The position numbers and the translations under genes are program-made. From positions 9,073 through 73,072 of the forward strand of contig CALUXG010000030.1 of NCBI GenBank assembly GCA_944324685.1: a DNA stretch of 64,000 nt, in the 5' to 3' direction. Every line of letters begins with the position of its first letter. Position 1 is the stretch's first letter. The notes under the pieces were generated by a model that was not told the DNA's origin, ran no database searches, and saw nothing but the letters and a program-made list of their open reading frames with translations. This document shows, in pieces, positions 17,233 through 25,673 of this stretch. This DNA comes from an uncultured Elusimicrobiales bacterium (GTDB lineage Bacteria > Elusimicrobiota > Elusimicrobia > Elusimicrobiales > Elusimicrobiaceae).

Positions 17233-19065
17233 ATGCTGAAACGTTTGACGCTTTTACTTTGCTTGCTGGTGCCGCTGCAAACACATGCGGCGCCAAATAC
17301 AAATGACTCTATTACCCTAACGGCCTCCGTAAACAAAACCGTTTTAACCGAAAACGACGAATTAAAGCTGACCGTGACGGTGGAGGGAGCGGCGGGGAAT
17401 TTTACCCCCCAGCTGCCCAGCTTGCCCGCTTTTAATATATACGCCCGTTCCACTTCCAGACAAATAAATAATTTTCATGCGGTCAGCGTATTTGAATACA
17501 TCATGGTCCCCCGTATGCAGGGCAAAACCGTCATCGGCCCCATTACGCTGCAGTACGGCGATACAACTTATAAAACGGAGCCTATTTCCATCACCGTATA
17601 CCGCGCCGATGCGGCGCCTGCGTCCGCCGCCAACGGTCAAAAACAAACCGCTAAAAAGACACAAAAAACAAACAAGCCAAGCCAAGCGGAACCCGCGGAG
17701 GCGCCCAAAGATCTGCCGCCCATGGAACGTGAATTATACAATTTAGCCGCACGCCACACGGATGAAGATTATTTTATGGTGGCGGCTGTCAGCGATAAAA
17801 ATCCCTTTATCAATCAGGCGGTAACTTTATCCGTGCGTGTTTATTATGCTCACCTGTTTTTCAAAAATGCTCCATATACGGCGCCGTCTATTTCCAACTT
17901 ATTTATGGAATTCGTTTCCAGCGCGGAAGGCAGCCAAACCATCAATGGCAAACCTTACAGATATATTGAACAGCGTTATGCCATATCAGGCGTAACGGCC
18001 GGCGCGGCGCAAGTGGGTACGGCAACAGTCAAATACATTCCCATGGGCAACGTCAACATGTCCGTCTTTAACCGCATGTTTGCCACCGTCTCAGGCGAAC
18101 CGCAAACTATTCAGTCCAATACGGTTTCGCTAAACATACGTCCCACACCTCAGAAAAATAAACCGAAAAGCTTTTATGGAGCCGTTGGTTCCGACTACAG
18201 CATTTCCGCCACGCTGGACCGGCAGGAAGTGGAAGCCGGAGAAGCCGTTAATTTGACCATCACCGTCAACGGCCCCGGGAACTTAAAAACCACTTCCGAT
18301 TTGCGCCTGCCTTCTTTGGCCGGATTTAAAGTATACGACGTAGTCTCCAATGCCGGCTCTGTGCCAAACAACGGAGAACTCAAAAGTTACAAAATATTCA
18401 AAACGGTCATCGTGCCCATTTCCTCCGGTTCTTATACCATTCCCGCTATTTCATGGTCTTATTTTGACCCCTCCACCAAGGAGTACCGAACCATACGCAC
18501 CAAACCCATGGAACTAAAAGTTACCCCTTCTTCCAAAGCGCAAACGGGTTTTGATTTCGGCACAAAAACGGATTTGGGCGGCGGATTCCGCCAGTTGGGG
18601 CAAGATATACGTTACTTAAAATCCGAATTAGCCCAGCCTGAAGCGTCGTTTTTAAGCAAATTGGGAAGACAAAACTTGATCAGCATTCTTTTTGCGGCGC
18701 TGTTGTTTACCTGTATCGTATTTGCACTAATGGATAAAAAAATGTTGGCGGGCAAGCGCGCCCTGTTGCGCGCCAAAGCACAGCTCAAAAACGCTTGGAC
18801 GGAAGAAACCGTAGCGGAAGCCTTATCCGCTTATGTGCAGGCCAAATACGGCGTACATACAGCCAGTCTGACTCTGCGTGAAATAGTGGCAGCACTGAAA
18901 AAAAGAGGCTGCCCAAGCGATTTGGTACAACGTTTTGAAACACTGTGGCAGCGCTTGGACGCGGCGCGTTTTGCTCCGGTGGATTTACAGGGACAAGGTA
19001 CGGAAGAACTGGCACGCCAAGCGGCAGAGCTGATGAAAGAAATGGATAAAGGGGGCCGCCCGTGA
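17233..19065 (+). CDS. batD: BatD-like (oxygen-tolerance family) protein
   Basis: Large secreted protein with a C-terminal TM helix, in the BatD position. The track start 17224 is TTG. ATG 17233 gives the signal peptide MLKRLTLLLCLLVPLQTHA. Confidence 0.7.
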   Translation: MLKRLTLLLCLLVPLQTHAAPNTNDSITLTASVNKTVLTENDELKLTVTVEGAAGNFTPQLPSLPAFNIYARSTSRQINNFHAVSVFEYIMVPRMQGKTVIGPITLQYGDTTYKTEPISITVYRADAAPASAANGQKQTAKKTQKTNKPSQAEPAEAPKDLPPMERELYNLAARHTDEDYFMVAAVSDKNPFINQAVTLSVRVYYAHLFFKNAPYTAPSISNLFMEFVSSAEGSQTINGKPYRYIEQRYAISGVTAGAAQVGTATVKYIPMGNVNMSVFNRMFATVSGEPQTIQSNTVSLNIRPTPQKNKPKSFYGAVGSDYSISATLDRQEVEAGEAVNLTITVNGPGNLKTTSDLRLPSLAGFKVYDVVSNAGSVPNNGELKSYKIFKTVIVPISSGSYTIPAISWSYFDPSTKEYRTIRTKPMELKVTPSSKAQTGFDFGTKTDLGGGFRQLGQDIRYLKSELAQPEASFLSKLGRQNLISILFAALLFTCIVFALMDKKMLAGKRALLRAKAQLKNAWTEETVAEALSAYVQAKYGVHTASLTLREIVAALKKRGCPSDLVQRFETLWQRLDAARFAPVDLQGQGTEELARQAAELMKEMDKGGRP

Positions 19066-19781
19066 AAAAAATTATTTTTGCCACATGTTTAGCTCTTGCC
19101 GCTGCTTTCTCGGCTTCCGCGGCAGACTTACAAAATGCCGAAACGCTTTACCGCGAGGGTAAATTTGCCGCCGCATTGGGCGAATATGAGGATTTATTGG
19201 ACTCCTATCCAAACGAGCCTCATCTTTACTACAATATAGGAAACTGTTATTTTAAAATGGGCAGCGTCGGTTTGGCCGTAGCCAATTATTATAGGGCTTT
19301 TCGTTTGGACCCGCGCGATGAAGATATACGCCACAATTTGACTTTGGCCCTGCAAAACAGCGGTGAACGTTTTGTACCCGCAGGCATGCCCGAAATTCTG
19401 CATAAGGTGTTTTTCAGCCTGCGAAGCGGTGAATTGAAGGGATGCCTCTTTATCATACTGTGGCTTTTCTGCACACTGGCATCGATATGGCTGATCAAAC
19501 GCCGCTTAGGCCGCATCGCTTTGGCGGCATTGGCAATACTGGCCGTGCTGGGGGCATGGTACGCAGGACGTGCCAAGTGGGACAACAAGCCTTTGGCCGT
19601 AGTTGCGGCGCCGGTGGCCGAGCTTCGCAGCGGACCGGCGGCATCTTTCCCCGCCAGCGCCAGTGTGGCGCAAGGACGGCTGCTGATGCTGCAGGACGAA
19701 AAAGACAATTGGTACGATGTAGTGGTCAAATCGGAAGGACTGCAAGGCTGGATACAAGCCGAAAACATAGAAAAAATTTAA
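19062..19781 (+). CDS. batE: BatE-like protein (TPR plus TM helices plus a C-terminal SH3b-like domain)
   Basis: GTG start in a GTGA overlap with batD. TPR (YYNIGNCYFKMGSVGLAVANYYRAFRLDP) and an SH3b-like end (NWYDVVVKSEGLQGWIQAENIEKI). Confidence 0.7.
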   Translation: MKKIIFATCLALAAAFSASAADLQNAETLYREGKFAAALGEYEDLLDSYPNEPHLYYNIGNCYFKMGSVGLAVANYYRAFRLDPRDEDIRHNLTLALQNSGERFVPAGMPEILHKVFFSLRSGELKGCLFIILWLFCTLASIWLIKRRLGRIALAALAILAVLGAWYAGRAKWDNKPLAVVAAPVAELRSGPAASFPASASVAQGRLLMLQDEKDNWYDVVVKSEGLQGWIQAENIEKI

Positions 19782-19795
19782 CGAGAGGATAACAT

Positions 19796-20353
19796 ATGTT
19801 TATTGAAAAAGAAGCCGATGAACTGATAAAAGCGCTCACTTACGTCAAAGAGCATTTGGGGTCTCAAGTACAGCAGTTGGCGGACCAAATCATCAAAGCA
19901 TTTAAGAACGGAAATCAGGTCATTTTAATGGGGAACGGCGGCAGCGCCGCCGACGCGCAGCATATTGCGGCTGAATTTGTGGGCCGGTTCAAAAAAGAGC
20001 GCAAATCTTTCCCCGCATTGGCTCTGAATACAAACACTTCCACGGTTACCGCCGTGGGAAACGATTACGGATATGATATGGTTTTCTCCCGCCAGATTGA
20101 CGGCTTTGCCCGAGCCGGAGACGTAGTCATCGGCATTTCTACATCCGGCAACAGCAAAAATGTGCAGCTGGCGCTGGAACTGGCTAAAAAACGCGGCTGC
20201 TTCACCGCCGCGCTGTTGGGCAAAGACGGCGGCACAATAAAAAATACGGCGGATCTGCCCATAGTGGTGCAATGGCCTAATACGCCGCGCATACAAGAGT
20301 GCCATATTTTTATCGGCCACAGCGTATGTGATTTGGTAGACCAAGCTTTTTAG
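19796..20353 (+). CDS. gmhA: SIS-domain phosphoheptose isomerase (GmhA/DiaA family)
   Basis: ILMGNGGSAADAQHIAAEFVGRF and VVIGISTSGNSKNV. Confidence 0.8.
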   Translation: MFIEKEADELIKALTYVKEHLGSQVQQLADQIIKAFKNGNQVILMGNGGSAADAQHIAAEFVGRFKKERKSFPALALNTNTSTVTAVGNDYGYDMVFSRQIDGFARAGDVVIGISTSGNSKNVQLALELAKKRGCFTAALLGKDGGTIKNTADLPIVVQWPNTPRIQECHIFIGHSVCDLVDQAF

Positions 20354-20361
20354 GAGACAGC

Positions 20362-20811
20362 ATGAAAGTAGCCGTTGCCTGCGACCATGCGGGATTTGCA
20401 TTAAAAGAAACCGTATTAAACAAAATCAAACTGTTGGGCCATGAAGCCGTTGACTGCGGATGCGATGGTACGCAGCGTGTTGATTTTCCGGATTATGCCG
20501 CCAAAGCAGCAATGTTGCTTGCGCAAGGACAAGTGCAGCGTGCGGTGTTGATTTGCGGCAGCGGCATCGGAATGTGCATCGCGGCCAATAAAATACGAGG
20601 GGTTTATGCCTGCGTTTGCCACGACACTTATTCGGCACATCAGGGCGTGGAACATGACAATATGAATGCGCTGTGTCTGGGAGCGCTGGTTATAGGAAAG
20701 CATTTGGCCGAAGAAACGGTGGAGCGTTTTTTGGGCGCGAAATATTTTAATGAAGGAAATTATAAAAAACGCGTAGATAAAGTGCTGGAACTGGAAAAAC
20801 AGACGGCATGA
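20362..20811 (+). CDS. rpiB: ribose-5-phosphate isomerase B
   Basis: MKVAVACDHAGFALKE..., LICGSGIGMCIAANK, and the typical RpiB/LacAB length of 149 aa. Confidence 0.9.
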   Translation: MKVAVACDHAGFALKETVLNKIKLLGHEAVDCGCDGTQRVDFPDYAAKAAMLLAQGQVQRAVLICGSGIGMCIAANKIRGVYACVCHDTYSAHQGVEHDNMNALCLGALVIGKHLAEETVERFLGAKYFNEGNYKKRVDKVLELEKQTA

Positions 20812-20853
20812 CGCGGCAAATTTGAAACTTGCAAAAAGGAAACAAACAGTACT

Positions 20854-22518
20854 ATGAAAATGAAAGTGAACCCCATGGCGGAAGGGATTATCCGCGAAGG
20901 TGTTATTAAATTGGAAAACCTAGATTTTAAAAATAAATTCTGGGCCAAAGATCCCACTCTGTGGAAGCAGGAAGCGCAGCATCAGGAGTTAATTAAAAAC
21001 TTCCTAGGCTGGCAGACTGTATACAATTGGACATTGGAACACATAGACGAAGTGCTGAAACTGGCAGAAGAAGCCAAAAAAGAATTTAAGTACTGCGTCG
21101 TCATGGGTATGGGTGGCAGCAGCTTGGCGCCGGAAGTCTTCCGCTCATTATTCGGCAAACAAGCGGGCCGGCCGGCTTTATTCGTATTGGATACGACCAA
21201 TCCGGATTGGGTATCCGCCGTACGCAAAGAAATCAATCCGGCGCAGACCCTGTTTATTTTTGCCAGCAAATCCGGCGGCACGGTAGAACCGTCTTCTCAA
21301 TTTGCTTATTTTTACGACGAAGTCAAACAAGCTGGCGTCAAAAACCCGGGGGATAACTTTATCGCCATCACCGATGAAGGTACGGGCTTGCAGACATTGG
21401 CCAAAAAATACAAATTCCGCCATGTATTTACCAACCCCTCCGACATTGGCGGACGCTTTTCGGCTCTTTCTTTTTTCGGCATTGTGCCTGCGGCCATCAT
21501 GGGTGTTGACGTGGTGCGCATATTAAACGGAGCCAAACAGGCCGCTGCGTCTTTTGGACCGGAAGCCCCCGTAAAAGACAATGCCGCCGTACAATTGGGC
21601 GCCTATATGGGAGCCTGCTACGCCAACCACACCAAAGACAAACTGACCATTCTGACTCCTAAGGAAATAGCCGCCTTTGGGCTGTGGGCCGAACAGCTGG
21701 TGGCCGAAAGTACCGGAAAAGAAGGAAAAGGCATTGTACCCGTGGTAGGCGAAACGCTGCACCGCAATTTTGATTACCGCGAAGACCGTTTCTTTGTATA
21801 CATCGCTTCTGATACCGACGACAACAGACGCGTGGAAGAAATAGCAGACGACTTGGCCGACCGCGGATTCCCCATCATGAAAATCACCATGGAAGACAAT
21901 TATCAGTTAGGAGCCATGTATCTGCTGTGGGAAATTGCCACCGCCGCCGCAGGCGCTATACTGGCAATTGATCCTTTTGACCAGCCTAACGTGCAGGAAG
22001 CCAAGACCCTGACCAAAAATATTTTGGCTCAACTGGAAAAAGGAGACATTCCCTCTGAAGTTACCGCACCGCTGCTGGTGAGCAAAGATTTAAGAGACGA
22101 GGTAAAGCTCGACAGCCTGCCGCAAGATTTTTATTCCTTGCTGGAAAGCAACGATTACGTAGCCATTTTGCCATACTTGTGGCCGTCTAAAGAAATAGAT
22201 GAAGCGCTTTGCGCTTTGCGCGATAAAATTCTGTGCCGCACCAAACGCGCCGTTCTGTTCGGCTACGGGCCGCGTTATTTGCACTCCAGCGGACAACTGC
22301 ATAAAGGAGACGGCAACAACGGCGTGTTTCTCATTCTGTCCGCCGAACCGGAAAAAGACATACAGATTCCGCAGCAGCATTACACGTTTGGACAACTGTG
22401 CAATGCGCAGGCCTTGGGAGATTTTCAAGCGCTGGAAAACAAAGGACGCCGCGCGGTAAAACTGCATCTGCAGCAGCCGATCGCCGAAGCGATTAAAAAA
22501 CTCAGCGAACAGTTCTAA
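20854..22518 (+). CDS. pgi: glucose-6-phosphate isomerase (SIS-type PGI)
   Basis: VVMGMGGSSLAPEV, IFASKSGGTVEP, GGRFSALS, FDQPNVQEAK. Confidence 0.8.
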   Translation: MKMKVNPMAEGIIREGVIKLENLDFKNKFWAKDPTLWKQEAQHQELIKNFLGWQTVYNWTLEHIDEVLKLAEEAKKEFKYCVVMGMGGSSLAPEVFRSLFGKQAGRPALFVLDTTNPDWVSAVRKEINPAQTLFIFASKSGGTVEPSSQFAYFYDEVKQAGVKNPGDNFIAITDEGTGLQTLAKKYKFRHVFTNPSDIGGRFSALSFFGIVPAAIMGVDVVRILNGAKQAAASFGPEAPVKDNAAVQLGAYMGACYANHTKDKLTILTPKEIAAFGLWAEQLVAESTGKEGKGIVPVVGETLHRNFDYREDRFFVYIASDTDDNRRVEEIADDLADRGFPIMKITMEDNYQLGAMYLLWEIATAAAGAILAIDPFDQPNVQEAKTLTKNILAQLEKGDIPSEVTAPLLVSKDLRDEVKLDSLPQDFYSLLESNDYVAILPYLWPSKEIDEALCALRDKILCRTKRAVLFGYGPRYLHSSGQLHKGDGNNGVFLILSAEPEKDIQIPQQHYTFGQLCNAQALGDFQALENKGRRAVKLHLQQPIAEAIKKLSEQF

Positions 22519-22532
22519 CTTGGCCCATAAAA

Positions 22533-22562
22533 AGGCGGCGAATCAAAACGCCGCCTTTTTTC
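22533..22562 (+). terminator. intrinsic terminator ending the moxR...pgi run
   Basis: aggcggcg (22533-22540) pairs with cgccgcct (22549-22556), followed by a T-run. Confidence 0.75.
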
Positions 22563-22569
22563 TGTATTT

Positions 22570-23805
22570 ATGAAGAAATTTTTTATCCAAACGTATGGCT
22601 GCCAAATGAATTTGGCCGACTCCGAAGAAATGGCGGCCCATTTGCAGCTGCGAGGTTATACGAAAACTGAAAACTTGGACGATGCCGACCTTGTTTTGGT
22701 TAATACCTGCACGGTACGAGACCACGCCGAGCACCGCGCACTGTCTTTTTTGGGACGGCTGCGTCAATGGAAACGGGAAAAATGCGGAAGAAAAATTATT
22801 TTTGCCGGATGTGCGGCGCAACGTTTGGGAAATAAACTCAAAAAAACTTTCCCCCAGTTGGATCTGGTAAGCGGCGCCAAAGAAATTGACGGATTTGCCG
22901 AGCTATTGGACGCCAGCGGATTCTTCCCTCCGGAAACGGCCGCACATGCAGCCAATACAAAAGAAACGGGCGTTACGGGCTACGTAACAATTATGCGCGG
23001 CTGTGATTTTGCCTGCAGTTACTGCATTGTGCCCTCCGTACGCGGTCCCGTACAGTGTCTGCCGTCCAAAGATATTTTGGCAAAAGCGGCTCAAAAAGCC
23101 AATCAAGGATATCCTGAAATTATGCTGCTGGGGCAGACGGTCAACGCATGGAAAGAACTCGACAAAACTTTTGCAGATTTATTAAACGATGTATCCGCAC
23201 TGCCCCATGTGCAGCGTGTACGTTTCGTCAGTCCGCATCCGGCATTTATCACGCCTCAATTTTTGGCTTGTGTGGAAAATAATGCCAAAATAGCGCGGCA
23301 CATACATCTGCCGGTGCAGAGCGGATCTTCCAAAGTGCTGCGGGACATGAAACGCGGATATACGCGGGAAACGCTGCTGGAAAAACTAGACGCACTAAAA
23401 GCGCGGGGCTTTGCCGTCAGCACAGATCTTATCGTTGGTTTCCCGACGGAAACAGAAGAAGATTTTGAAGACACGTTATCTCTGGTGCAACAAGCCGGAT
23501 TTTCGGCGGCGTACTGCTTTAAGTATTCCCCCCGCGCAGGTACGCCGGCGGCGCAAATGCCGCTTTTGCCGGAAAAAACACTGGAAAAACGCTTGAACAT
23601 TTTGTTAAATAAAGTAAAAGGCTTGGCCGAAGCCGCCTATGGCGCACAAGCAGGCAAGAAAAAAGAAGTGCTTATGGAAACGCCGAACAAGGGCAGAACA
23701 TCGGATAATTTTTGGGCGGAAACCAAAAAAAGTTATACAATAGGTACTATCGTATGCAGTGAAGTGGACCAAGCAAAGGGAACTTTACTTTTGATGAGGG
23801 ACTGA
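22570..23805 (+). CDS. miaB: radical-SAM tRNA methylthiotransferase (MiaB family)
   Basis: UPF0004 domain N-terminus (FFIQTYGCQMNLADSE), radical-SAM CDFACSYCIVP, and a TRAM-like C-terminus. Confidence 0.85.
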   Translation: MKKFFIQTYGCQMNLADSEEMAAHLQLRGYTKTENLDDADLVLVNTCTVRDHAEHRALSFLGRLRQWKREKCGRKIIFAGCAAQRLGNKLKKTFPQLDLVSGAKEIDGFAELLDASGFFPPETAAHAANTKETGVTGYVTIMRGCDFACSYCIVPSVRGPVQCLPSKDILAKAAQKANQGYPEIMLLGQTVNAWKELDKTFADLLNDVSALPHVQRVRFVSPHPAFITPQFLACVENNAKIARHIHLPVQSGSSKVLRDMKRGYTRETLLEKLDALKARGFAVSTDLIVGFPTETEEDFEDTLSLVQQAGFSAAYCFKYSPRAGTPAAQMPLLPEKTLEKRLNILLNKVKGLAEAAYGAQAGKKKEVLMETPNKGRTSDNFWAETKKSYTIGTIVCSEVDQAKGTLLLMRD

Positions 23806-23807
23806 TT

Positions 23808-24272
23808 ATGAATAAAAAGAATTTTTCGGAAAAACGCAAACACCGCCGCATGCCGGTCATCAGCAATTTAATTGAACCGATTAACCTTTTCTATAAAACC
23901 CAAGACGGAAAGGAAACTTCCCTCGTGGCTATCTTGGCGGATTTATCCGCCTCCGGCATGCGCATGATCAGCTTTTTAGGCGCGCCTATGGCCGAAAAAT
24001 TTTCCATCAGTCTGCAGCTGCCCGGCATGCAGAAAATGGAAATTTCCGCCCGCATGGCATGGGTGAAACAAAAAGAAAACGTTTATACCGTCGGTATTGA
24101 ATTTACGAATATAAAACCGGAATATGCCGCCGTTATCAGCGCCATGGCAGACGATTTTAACGATTGCGACACGCGCATTCTGCTGCGCCTGCCTGAAGCG
24201 TGTGTGGCAAATTGCAAGGCCCATCGCATCTGCAATAAAATACAAAAAGACGAAATGCTGTTTGAAGATTAA
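23808..24272 (+). CDS. PilZ-domain (c-di-GMP receptor) protein with a 4-Cys C-terminal tail
   Basis: RxxxR (RKHRR) and DxSxxG (DLSASG) motifs are intact. The tail is CDTRILLRLPEACVANCKAHRIC. The start lies 2 nt after the miaB stop. Confidence 0.8.
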   Translation: MNKKNFSEKRKHRRMPVISNLIEPINLFYKTQDGKETSLVAILADLSASGMRMISFLGAPMAEKFSISLQLPGMQKMEISARMAWVKQKENVYTVGIEFTNIKPEYAAVISAMADDFNDCDTRILLRLPEACVANCKAHRICNKIQKDEMLFED

Positions 24273-24290
24273 CCTCTTTTACAGTAAAAA

Positions 24291-24316
24291 AAGCCCGCCT
24301 TTTGGCGGGCTTTTTT
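24291..24316 (+). terminator. intrinsic terminator after miaB-pilZ
   Basis: aagcccgcc (24291-24299) pairs with ggcgggctt (24304-24312), followed by TTTT. Confidence 0.8.
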
Positions 24317-24521
24317 GCGTAACGGCTGCTTTAATGTCTAATAAAAATTATCTGCCATATTCATATAAACAGATTATTAGTGGTTAAATGCGTAAATGCT
24401 AGGATAAGAAGAAGCAAAAGCCGTTTCTGGCGGTTTTTGCCAGTTTGTAACGAAACATGTTTGTCCAAACAATCGTTCTCGGCAAGAAACGGTATTTGTG
24501 CCGTTCTTTTCTGGACGGCAG

Positions 24522-24573
24522 GTGATGCCTGTTTTGGAAATGCGATCCTCCAAGCACAGGCATCACTTTTTTT
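24522..24573 (+). terminator. strong orphan intrinsic terminator (no annotated gene upstream of it)
   Basis: gtgatgcctgt (24522-24532) pairs with acaggcatcac (24556-24566). An inner ttgga/tccaa helix adds to the stem, and T7 follows (24567-24573). Confidence 0.7.
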
Positions 24574-24716
24574 GCCCGCCTGAGAGACGCTTATCCCCTC
24601 TTTCTCATACTGATTGGGAATTTAGGACGCCACTTGCCGTTAGAGAAAAAATTTAGATGCCAAAAGAATGCGGTAACGTTTTCGCTTTTTATTCGGTCTT
24701 GGGCGATACAATTTAT

Positions 24717-24722
24717 TAAAAT
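24717..24722 (+). promoter_or_regulatory. -10-like TAAAAT 6 nt upstream of the miaA ATG
   Basis: TAAAAT-ATACAT-ATG. Part of a 21-nt sequence repeated identically before hflX. Confidence 0.4.
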
Positions 24723-24728
24723 ATACAT

Positions 24729-25673
24729 ATGAAACATATTGTTGTTACGGGTCCCACGGCCAGTGGAAAAACAGACCTCGCGTTGGCGCTGGCTCAAAAA
24801 TTAGGCGCGGCCATTATTTCGGCCGATTCACGGCAAGTTTACCAAAAATTGACTGCCGGCACGGCCAAGCCCGAAGGAAAATGGCAAAACGGCGCATACA
24901 GAGTCAATGGGGCTGTTTATCATTTGGTGGATTTTTTACCTCCGGACAAAACATTTAATGCGGCCTCTTTCTGTCTGCAAGCCGAACAATTGACGCGGCA
25001 AACGCCGGATACTCCCTTCATCTTCGCGGGCGGAACGGGAATGTATTTGCATGCCTTTTTTGTAGGGCTGGACCCTTTGCCGCCGGCAGATCCTTCTTTG
25101 CGTGCGCAGCTGAGTGCTTTTGCCTCCGCACACGGCAAAAAAGCGTTGCATGCACGTCTGCAAGACAAAGACCCCGTTTCTGCCGAACAAATTCCGGCAG
25201 GGAATATACAACGCGTCATGCGCGCACTGGAGATCACGCTGCTCGCCGGCAGACCCGCCTCCGAACTGAGAAAAGGCGCATTTTTAGGGCAATTCCCTGC
25301 AGAAAAAGCTTTCTTGGTGTATTTGAACTGGGATCAAGGATTATTAAATGCTCGTATAGAAAAACGCACCCGAAACATTTTGGAGCCTATGGCGGCCGAA
25401 ACCCGCGCGCTGTTGGCCGACGGCATCCCGGCGGACTGCCCCGCGCTCAAAAGTTTGGGTTACCCGCAAATCCTGCAATACATAAACGGGCAAATTTCCA
25501 AAGAGGAAGCCTTTGAAAAAATAGTCATTCTTACCCGTCAGTACGCCAAACGCCAGCGCACATGGTTCAACCGCTATAAAAACGTCCTGCGGCTGGATTT
25601 AACCGACGCGCAGGACTTTGACACACAAAAACTGACGGAATATATTATACGGGCATACACGGCCGCTTCTTAA
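24729..25673 (+). CDS. miaA: tRNA dimethylallyltransferase
   Basis: VVTGPTASGKTDLALALA, SADSRQVY, YAKRQRTWF. Confidence 0.9.
   Translation: MKHIVVTGPTASGKTDLALALAQKLGAAIISADSRQVYQKLTAGTAKPEGKWQNGAYRVNGAVYHLVDFLPPDKTFNAASFCLQAEQLTRQTPDTPFIFAGGTGMYLHAFFVGLDPLPPADPSLRAQLSAFASAHGKKALHARLQDKDPVSAEQIPAGNIQRVMRALEITLLAGRPASELRKGAFLGQFPAEKAFLVYLNWDQGLLNARIEKRTRNILEPMAAETRALLADGIPADCPALKSLGYPQILQYINGQISKEEAFEKIVILTRQYAKRQRTWFNRYKNVLRLDLTDAQDFDTQKLTEYIIRAYTAAS

Noticed and set aside
24380-24583. 67-aa Cys-containing ORF (GTG start) in the pilZ-miaA gap as a small protein gene.
   Set aside because: It has no Shine-Dalgarno sequence and a GTG start, and the frame reads straight through the 11-bp terminator stem. 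It is more likely non-coding (see the orphan terminator finding).
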